DNA of 9,375 nucleotides, taken from positions 1 through 9,375 of the forward strand of contig NW_002060946.1 of assembly GCF_000150275.1 (NCBI RefSeq), written 5' to 3'. The stretch is from Trichoplax adhaerens. Its lineage: Eukaryota > Animalia > Placozoa. Both the position numbers and the translations under genes were made by a program. The notes beneath the pieces were generated by a model that was given only the letters and a program-made list of their open reading frames with translations, was not told where the DNA came from and did not search any database. This document shows, in pieces, positions 1-8,221 of the stretch (its first letter is position 1; each line of letters opens with the position of its first letter).

Positions 1-838
1 GAATTATGCACTATGCAGTCTTATTGATAATATTTTCGATTATCGTGAAGCATTTATCTATTATAATTATACGTAAGTAGCAATTATTGTAATGATACAA
101 AGGATAACTTGAAACAACAGTAATTAAATTTTTGCATTTCTTTATTCCATCAAAAATTAATTAAGTGAGCAATAGTATCGCGTTGAAAGTGTCTCAAAAA
201 TGATGTGCGTGATTTTATTCTTGCCACTCTACTAATGTCTAGTATTCTTTTATGGTCGAGTTAAGAAAATTTATCAAGTACATTGGCGTCAACAAACGTT
301 GCGTACAAGCGTTGCCTAAGAATTAAAAAGTTTATGCTACTTGTCCTTGGATGAATTTTTCTTCAATTACCATTGTGGTAATCGCTATAACATTTGCAAT
401 ATATTGTATTAATCTTCACTTTTCGTTAGCATTACAGCTCAAATAAACCACTTAATTTAAATATGTAACTATTAAAGCAATAGAAAAACAAAACAAAAAT
501 CAAATACAATTAAATAATGTCAACTCATAAGTTATTCCTAACATGTATATATTACTCCTATGTATATCGCCCATTGATCGGTAATTACTTTTACATAAAA
601 TTAGATATAATACAATTAATCATTTCAAACCTAACTCAAACTGTCTTTCTATTCAAGTATCGTTTCATTAATTATTAATGCTGCAATTCATATAAACAGT
701 ATAGGGTATTTGCTCGCGCATATAGATAGACTGGATAATATGAATATTTATGCTACTACAAAGAATCTTCATTTAACGATTGGAATTGCATACGTGAAAT
801 ACTTAAATCTATTGATAATTTGGAAAAAATTTCTTAGC

Positions 839-1891
839 ATGGCATCATCATTCCTTCAAAATAATGAAGCGGCTAGAATTCTCGCTTGGTCTATTGGTAT
901 AGCGGGAATTTTATGCAATTTTGCTATTTTATGGTATAATTATAAATACAAACTTCTTAAAATCAATATCCAAAACCCATTAGCAAATCATCGCCAACAA
1001 TCAGCACGAAAAACGTCTACTGTAACTAATCATTTAATCTGTCAATTGGCAATAGCGGATCTTCTCGGTTCCATTTATCTTATTATTATTCCTTCTGCTG
1101 ATCTTTACTACGGTTATCATTATCCAAATCTCTATCGAAACCCTAATCGTAAAAATGTCACAAACCCATGGCTTCTTAGTCCTTTCTGCCATCTTAGTCG
1201 CTTCTTATATTTCACTTCTTCTGTCATGTCTATTTTGCTACCTTCAGTTATTGTTATAGATCGCTTTATTGCTATTATATTTCCTTACAGCAAATTTCGA
1301 TTTAACATTTATCGTTGCCGTTTAATTACCTTGATGTGTTGGCTTGTCGTAATAGTCTATGCTCTCATCCCAACTATTCGCAATATCGCCTTTCGATTAA
1401 CGAAAGCATTCGATACAAACGCTAACCTTTGCTTATATCGTGATATAGTGCTTATATACAGTGCCAATCACCGACTCTCTAGGCAAATCATATATTTTAT
1501 ACTAACCGGAATGATTGCCATATTGTATGTTATAATTTTTATTTATATCAAATTTAAAGGGCGTAACATGCAATCTCGAATGAACAGAGTTGAAAGAAAA
1601 GTGCTCATCATAATGATCATTATTACTATTTCTAACATTTGCACATTGCTTCCTGCATTTCTTGCAAGGGCTGTATTTAGAAATCCGGCATTTAATATCC
1701 CCAGACAAACATTTCAGCAAGCATTGCCAATCTTAATATTTTCTTCGTTCGCCAGTGGTGTCATCAATCCAATTGCATATTTTACATTAAGCGCTCGAAG
1801 TAAATATGAAGCTAACCTTCTAGCGTGTTGTAAGGCTCAAAAAGACACTATAACGCCATCAAACACACACAACAGTTCTTTGCATAAATAA
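839..1891 (+). CDS. Intronless class A (rhodopsin-like) GPCR with LGR/GRL101-like 7TM and no ectodomain, paralog 1 (350 aa)
   Basis: Seven hydrophobic segments. Motifs: N1.50 (GILCN), LAIADLL (D2.50), YLIII.SADLYY (LGR-type TM2 end), W-L-L-S-P-F-C (C3.25), DRF, CWL (W4.50), NLCL (ECL2 Cys), E6.30, P6.50, NPIAY. The ORF-track start at 710 is TTG. Protein homology with paralog 2 begins at ATG 839 (context AGCATGG). An upstream in-frame ATG at 740 cannot be excluded. Confidence 0.93.
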   Translation: MASSFLQNNEAARILAWSIGIAGILCNFAILWYNYKYKLLKINIQNPLANHRQQSARKTSTVTNHLICQLAIADLLGSIYLIIIPSADLYYGYHYPNLYRNPNRKNVTNPWLLSPFCHLSRFLYFTSSVMSILLPSVIVIDRFIAIIFPYSKFRFNIYRCRLITLMCWLVVIVYALIPTIRNIAFRLTKAFDTNANLCLYRDIVLIYSANHRLSRQIIYFILTGMIAILYVIIFIYIKFKGRNMQSRMNRVERKVLIIMIIITISNICTLLPAFLARAVFRNPAFNIPRQTFQQALPILIFSSFASGVINPIAYFTLSARSKYEANLLACCKAQKDTITPSNTHNSSLHK

Positions 1892-1892
1892 A
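1887..1892 (+). terminator. Candidate polyadenylation signal AATAAA overlapping the stop codon of GPCR paralog 1
   Basis: CAT AAA TAA A contains AATAAA at 1887-1892. Another copy lies at 2436-2441. The hexamer is common in AT-rich DNA, so support is weak. Confidence 0.25.
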
Positions 1893-4328
1893 ACTTATAT
1901 ATCAATATAATTTCCTTGTATTAGCTAGCTATTGCCATACATTTACAAACAATATGGATACTGTAATGCAGCACGTAACTACTGCAATTAGCTGAAATTA
2001 TTATATGTAGTAAAGACAACACTCGTGCCATATAAAGCTGCAAAGAAGGAAGTAATAAGGAAAAAAGTGACTTAAGTAACTAAATTCTACGGTTGGGCAA
2101 AATAAGATTGCCAGACTAAAGCGACGTATAATATGGTCGTATTTCTTATTTATGACAGTGCCTTATTGTTCAGTATATAAAGTTCAAGCCTATCATATTA
2201 TTAATGGATAATTGATGCTTAGTATATCTATAGCCGAAAACTTTTTCTGATAAAAACTATGCTGTTAACTGATCTTTCTCATCAAGCCATTGCTCATAAA
2301 TTATGTTTTAACCCAACTAGCCCTATACTATACCGGTAAAAATTCGTAAACGCATTCATGGATACATAAAATTTAATTCCTTACAGTCATTTGATGCAAT
2401 TCTATCTTATTAACAATCTGCTGATAAATCCTATTAATAAAGTTGTACGCAAGATAATAAATCGATAAACCTATATCTTTAGCACTTATTGTATTCTAGT
2501 TAGGCTATGTACTCCAGTTTTCCATGTACATTTCTTGTAGTATTGAAAATATATTTCGCTTGCTCGTACATACTGTACTTATAGCTTCAAAGAAAGAGTC
2601 TGTAGCAATCATTTCGAACAGCATAAACTATTGAAAAATTAGACTTCATCGTTAACACAAATTTTATAATATTGACGAATAAATTAAATAGGCATTAAAT
2701 TCGGTAGCCGTTGCATCATAGAATTTGCCGTACTTTTGCAAGGGTGAGATTTTAGCTAATTTAAGAATGATAACAGCAATTAAAGAACTAATTTACAGTA
2801 TGATACTTAATCAATGGTAAAGCGTAGCAAAGGACGGTTAGATCACTCAGGTACGTAAGCGTTCGTGATTACTATGTTGATATCTAAAATTTCACCAAAG
2901 AAATTTGATCTAGTGCATCGAATTTTAACAGTCATTGATTAATATAGATTTCTATATACTGCTCTCCATAATTCTCATGCGCCTCAGATTTTCAAATAAC
3001 ATGTCTATGATTACCTTGATTACCTTGTTTCAGGTATGAATCCACAAAAGTATCTCTGGACTGAATAGCCAAGTAAAAAAATTTTTTTAATCTTTAAGAA
3101 CACTTATTGCGTTGCTGCTAGAATCAGGTACCATTGCAAAATCAGTTTGTGATTCATACTATGCCCTGTAACAAGTAAGAGATTACAGCGAGTAGAAAAG
3201 GAGTCTGATAATGTGCCCTCCGCCGTTCATGATAAGAGACAGGAACTTCAACGTTGAGGATCAATTTTCATGAATGAGTCATAGCCATCATATATAATTT
3301 TAGACTTTAGAGCCTAGTAATTTCATTTTGTTTTAAGCCTCTTGCACAGGTTAATTACCGTACGTAAAGTAGACTTTAATTGAACTAATATAGAGAATGC
3401 AACCCCTTGCTAACTGAATAAAGTCCACATAATTAGTAAAACGAAATATGAACTATCTATAGCTACAACATATAATTACTTCAGTCTTAATTGCGAATAA
3501 ACAAGGGGTAGTTGATAAACACGAGTACTCTACATCATATTTAAAAAAAGAAAACTAGAATAACATCTTTCGGATACTAAACCAAAAAATTATAGAAAAT
3601 AACAAAATGGTCATATTGAGTACCTGTAAAGTTACAGTTACTTGAGGCATCTAATTTAATAATAAATCTATCGTATTGTTAATAGATTGCTTCGTAAAGC
3701 TATGCTAAAGCATTTATGGTCCTTTAAAGGCAACTGAAAACTATACAGAAAATCTTGAAGTTGATTTCTTTACGATTTGGTTTAAGAATGAAAAAATTCT
3801 TTTTATCCAATTAGATAATACAGTCCTGGAAATAAGTAGTGAATGAGAAAATACTAAGTCCTGCTGTAATAGCTGAATCTAACAGCAAAATGAATTCTTC
3901 TGACTATAATACTAATATTGCTTCTTAGAATCGTTCAGATGCATGATGTAAGATCACAATTGTAGCGATTTCAGCTAATTACAGTAGTAAGTTGAAGAAA
4001 GCTTCACTGTGTGACGTAGATTAGTCTATGAGGGGTTAATAAACTCATTCACTTGTAACAGCCAACTCTAGACATTGTAATCGGTAAATAACTTAGGACG
4101 AATTAGAGCTGTATATCGATGGACTAAGTATTGGTAGCTACTATGATGAGAAACTTAATCATAGGAATATCACAAACCAGCTTCGTGACAAAGATAGCGT
4201 AAAACAAATCTCTAAATTACAGTAGCCTCCGGGATTCAGTATCCCTTAACTATCTCACAAGAATTTAGACGCATTTGCTTCTACGTTAAACAACTGTAGA
4301 ACTCCTCTTTATTCAACTATCTGCCGAG

Positions 4329-4341
4329 CTTAAATACCCTT
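4329..4341 (+). promoter_or_regulatory. TATA-like LTR promoter motif CTTAAATACCCTT (outer LTR)
   Basis: An identical 13-mer occurs in the inner LTR on the minus strand. It lies about 160 nt from the 5' terminus, in the loop of the inverted repeat CTGCCGA (4321-4327)/TCGGCAG (4341-4347). Promoter function is inferred. Confidence 0.5.
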
Positions 4342-4586
4342 CGGCAGCTGCTATCATGCACGAGTCATAACAGTTCATGCAATTTAGTGCATATTGGATA
4401 GCTAAATTAATACAGAAATTGTTCATAATCTTAGACATGTACTGAATGATTCTAAATAATTAGATTACAGTATATCCATACAAAAAATTATTTACAGTGT
4501 CATCTATTATTGAATATCTTCAGGATATTCATCACAAGCGTTACAAGATATAACGCTATAATTCATTAATTTTTAGCATTAGTGTT

Positions 4587-4605
4587 ACGGAGCTAGTAGC
4601 TCCGT
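4587..4605. repeat. Perfect subterminal inverted repeat ACGGAGCT-AGT-AGCTCCGT at the inner LTR end
   Basis: 8-bp GC-rich stem with a 3-nt loop, read directly from the sequence. Confidence 0.9.
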
Positions 4606-4914
4606 GTTTACGATTAATAATTGTTTACAATCGTGTATGACCATGCTGACTAGCACCTAGTAGTAGAAAATAGCTATCATGTAATTGAAGTAAGTATTAT
4701 TAGTGTGGAGTTGCTATACGCAGTATTAAGGCAGTTAGCAATCAATAATTGTTGGTCGCTTAATATTATTATTGCTACTGATTATTAATCGTGTATTATT
4801 ATGGTCTAACAAATAGGACATAAATATTGTTCTCTGTTGTTGTGTGTGATAATTAGACTTGCTAACTGGAGTAACTAATATTATTGGCGACAAGTATAGT
4901 GACTGTAAATAAGA

Positions 4915-4927
4915 AAGGGTATTTAAG
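4915..4927 (-). promoter_or_regulatory. TATA-like LTR promoter motif CTTAAATACCCTT (inner LTR)
   Basis: Plus-strand AAGGGTATTTAAG is the reverse complement of 4329-4341 and lies about 200 nt from the element's 5' end at 5130. Confidence 0.5.
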
Positions 4928-6387
4928 TTCTCCTGAGACTAGTGTAAAGGAGAAGTCCTTAGTGTAGTTAGAAGTTAATAAAGTTATTAACCTAGATCTA
5001 TCGTTTGACTCAGTCTCTTTACTATTGGAATAAGTTAGTTTTCCTTATAGAGGATTGCCTGAAGTTAGTCAGTGATCGGATAGAGTAGATAGAATAGACT
5101 AGGCCCGATCACGAAAGCTGTTTTGTGACAATTAGTTACCATATAAGAACTCTTACTACCGCAGAGAATAATTTACTAAAACAAAATAATAACTGCCATA
5201 GTTCTTATTGTAAGTTATTACTAGTTATCTCCATATATAAATATTAACCACTAAATTTAGTCATTAGTCTACACGATGGTTCGTACCGTGACAAGGAAAC
5301 AATTGTATCTGTGTATTCAACTAAACCAAATCAAGGCAATAATATGTATCACCATATTATTCTATTGACAAGCTATTATATCGCTACCGTATTGTAAACT
5401 ATAGCATTAAGAAACAATGACGCACTTATTCTAAATGCGATATTGAATTTAATAGTTTTTGCTACAAAATAGATAATTTCCCAATGACTTACAGTAAGTC
5501 ATGGTAAAATATAAATTATATGTAGCAGAATATAAAGAATCCTTAAGATTGTTATTTATCGATTATTTTTGTCTGATGCTATCTGATTTAAGCTTATTTA
5601 ATTTTCTTAACGTTGCAATATTGTTAGTAATAATAACTTTAATTATCATAAATTATTTATTGATCACAGTATCATGTACAACGGTACAACGATATTTTAG
5701 TAACAACATAAGTTAATTCAGTAGTTAAAAACATGTTCTACTTCTTCTTCTATAGAAAAAGTTACTTGATCTATAAAGAATCCTATTGTCAAATGTTATC
5801 GTCTCCGTTACCTTTACCACTTATATAGCTTCTATTCTTCTGTAAATTTGATAAATAATATTCATATGCAGGTTATCTTTGTGTAGCAGTAATTTCTGTA
5901 TGTTTACAGTTACTAGATATTTGATAATTTCAATTGTAGTCAATCAATAACTAATTTCAAGGAAAAATTATTTTTAATTATTTTCTTTTCAGTTAGTTCA
6001 TTACCTTTTAAAAACCAACTCGATTAAAGAGAACAAAAAGTTCATATGCCGTTGAATTAGATCAGATAATACCAATTCACAAGGTTTATGGCTAAAAAGC
6101 AATCTAGCGTCGATACATTATAGATATTCTGTAATCAATCATGTATGGCATTATTATTATAAGCCATTTTGTGCAATCATTATCATACACTCTACTGTAC
6201 AGTGTATCAGCCATTCAGATTATTATAAACATGTTCGTATGTTTATTTAAGAGCTTTGCATTACATTTATACAGCAATATCATAAAAGCAATTATACAAG
6301 ACGCCCATCGAAGTAAACTTGATTCAGTATATTAAAGATCCAGTTATATTCATACTTGTACTAAGATCTAAAGATCACATTTTTGGC

Positions 6388-7428
6388 ATGCCTTTTTCGT
6401 TCTTACAAGATCATCATGCAGCTCGAATCTTCGCTTGGTCTATTGGTATATTCGGTATTTTAAGCAATCTTACAGTTTTATGGTGTAACAATAAGCACAA
6501 ACTTGTTAAAGCTTTCAGTGGCAAATCATTGGATAATTATGATCGTCGCAATCAAACTACAAGGAAGGTATCAAAGGTATCCAATCTTTTAATCTGTCAT
6601 TTGGCAGCTGCTGATCTCCTGGGCGCCTCTTATCTAATTATTATTGCTTCTGCTGATATTTACTATGGCTATTATCATCCAAATATGTTTCGAAACCCCA
6701 TTTCTGGAAATAGTACGAATTTGTGGCTTCTTAGTCCTTTTTGTCATATAAGTCGCTTCTTATTTTTTTGCTCTTCTATGATATCTATTCTGATAACATT
6801 GGTGATTGCAATAGACCGCTTCATTACTGTCATTTTCTCGCACAGTAAATTAAGATTAAGCATCTTTCGCTGTCAAATAATCACTTCAGCATGTTGGCTT
6901 TTCAGTATAGGCTATGCTCTTATTCCAACTATCCTTAATATTATTGTAATACACACAATATCGAAGTATCGATTTGATATGAGTTCTAATCTTTGCCTAT
7001 TTTTCAATGTAGTACCATTTTCCTACTCAGTTTATTTCCTATCCAGGGAAATTATTTACTTTACGTTAATCGGACTGATTATAATTTTTTATCTATTAAT
7101 TATAATTTATGTCAAAATTAAAAGAAGTAATTTAGGATCTCAAATGAACAGAGTTGAAAGAAGAATATCTCTTATTATGATCATTTTAACTATCTCAAAT
7201 ATTTGCAGTCTCCTCCCTTCATTCTTCATATATTCATTAACCCAAGACGATTATTCCTTGATCGCTATGCAAACTTATCAGCGTACTATCACTATGTTCA
7301 TATTTGCTATATTCGTAAATACTGCAATCAATCCAATTGTATATTTTAAATTAACTGCTTCAATTGAAATTAGAACGTCTTTCTCGTGGTTTAAAACTAA
7401 AAGAGTATCTGTAGTGCCAGCAAATTAA
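6388..7428 (+). CDS. Intronless class A GPCR with LGR/GRL101-like 7TM and no ectodomain, paralog 2 (346 aa)
   Basis: Motifs: GILSN, LAAADLL, YLIIIASADIYY, WLLSPFC, DRF, CWL, NLCL, RVERR, SLLP, NTAINPIVY. Collinear with paralog 1 and roughly half identical by eye. The ORF-track start at 6319 is TTG; the first in-frame ATG is 6388 (GGCATGC). Confidence 0.95.
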   Translation: MPFSFLQDHHAARIFAWSIGIFGILSNLTVLWCNNKHKLVKAFSGKSLDNYDRRNQTTRKVSKVSNLLICHLAAADLLGASYLIIIASADIYYGYYHPNMFRNPISGNSTNLWLLSPFCHISRFLFFCSSMISILITLVIAIDRFITVIFSHSKLRLSIFRCQIITSACWLFSIGYALIPTILNIIVIHTISKYRFDMSSNLCLFFNVVPFSYSVYFLSREIIYFTLIGLIIIFYLLIIIYVKIKRSNLGSQMNRVERRISLIMIILTISNICSLLPSFFIYSLTQDDYSLIAMQTYQRTITMFIFAIFVNTAINPIVYFKLTASIEIRTSFSWFKTKRVSVVPAN

Positions 7429-8221
7429 TCTGTAAATTTTAGCTCGAAACTTTTTTTTCTGATAGATATCATCGTTCCCCGAGGCGAACCAAATAATATA
7501 TTGATATCCAATATGTTAACGTTAAATTCGCAAGAATTTTCAGCGATGATTTAAAGTGCTACATAATCGATGAAGCAATTGCAAATAAGTAATTGCTACG
7601 CGTATAAGGCTATAAGTAGGATTTATTATTGCTAACTCTATCGTTCTGTATTCTAGTTTCCTTAAGATTTTTAGAACTAAAGATTATATCTAGCAATATG
7701 TGTATGTAGATATTAAACGATAACTGAAATAGCCTAGTACTAATGGTTTTAAAGTATGGTACACTACTCAAAATTGTAGAATGTACTACGTACTGAAATC
7801 ATTATCGATTTAGTTAACAATCAGTTTTCATGATTGATACTCTGTTTTCTTGATTATCGTTTTTGAAGCTATCATTCCAATAAGCTAATATCATCAGATT
7901 TATCTTCTGGCATTTACTATTATTCTGTGATGGTTTCAATTAATAGTATGCAATACCAATGAGTTCATAAGAGTAAATTAAAATATTATCCTAAAATTGT
8001 TTATTGAAAACCAAGCGTTAGCATGGAAATCGATTTAATTATCCAAGCTGATATTTGATATTCGTATATTGTATCTTATTACCAATGAACTTAACCTAGA
8101 CTTGACATTTATAAATAACGACGATCATTTATAAAGAATGTTTATTTAATACTATATAAAATTTCCCGTTTTTTTCAGAAATGTTCAATACTTTTTTTTA
8201 TCAGCACTACCGAATTTATTG

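Larger units (their letters stand above)
4583..5130 (-). mobile_element. Inner solo LTR (548 bp) nested in the outer LTR in opposite orientation
   Basis: Flanked by the exact 5-bp direct repeat ATTAG (4578-4582 and 5131-5135). Termini are TGTTAC...GTGACA (TG..CA). The reverse complement of its right end, TGTCACAAAACAGCTTTCGTGA, matches the outer left end TATCACAAACCAGCTTCGTGA. It shares the 13-mer CTTAAATACCCTT (minus strand 4915-4927) with the outer element. Confidence 0.85.
4168..5293 (+). mobile_element. Outer solo LTR of an LTR retrotransposon (Gypsy or BEL/Pao type), about 573 bp once the nested insert is removed
   Basis: Flanked by the exact 5-bp direct repeat AGGAA (4163-4167 and 5294-5298). 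Termini are TATCAC...GTGACA, an inverted pair with one G>A change from TGTCAC. TATA-like CTTAAATACCC at 4329-4339. No ORF. Strand is inferred from the TATA-like motif only. Confidence 0.8.

Noticed and set aside
710-838. 43-aa N-terminal extension of GPCR 1 in the ORF track
   Set aside because: It starts at TTG, has no protein similarity to paralog 2, and the homologous upstream DNA is out of frame between the paralogs.
1502-1720. 72-aa minus-strand ORF
   Set aside because: Antisense shadow of GPCR TM5-TM6 codons with no recognisable motif.
3008-3089. 9-bp tandem duplication TGATTACCT x2 and the palindrome T-A7-T7-A (a similar duplication, TAGCCAATA x2, lies near 8234)
   Set aside because: Ordinary slippage or low-complexity features in AT-rich DNA.
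2740-3370. Plus-strand splice-like signals (CAG|GTACGT near 2850, TTTCAG|GT near 3033, GTAAGA at 3175, GCACAG near 3349)
   Set aside because: The candidate exon I translated (3034-3072) is closed by stops and I could not build a phase-consistent model.
3708-3950. Short open stretches (SIYGPLKATENYTENLEVDFFTIWF..., EKILSPAVIAESNSKMN...) as a possible gag/pol or gene remnant next to the LTR
   Set aside because: No RT, integrase, protease or other motif was recognised, and matching TSDs around the outer element argue against adjacent internal retroelement sequence.
4583-5293. A single element TGTTACGG...CCGTGACA with 8-bp terminal inverted repeats
   Set aside because: The flanks differ (ATTAG vs AGGAA). 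The nested model explains both ends with exact TSDs.
5501-5716. 71-aa hydrophobic ORF
   Set aside because: An I/L/F/Y/N-rich translation is expected from AT-rich non-coding DNA, and no GPCR motifs are present.
6141-6387. 64-aa ORF 6141-6335 and the TTG-initiated 23-aa extension of GPCR 2
   Set aside because: No homology to the gene 1 region at protein level. At most a uORF.
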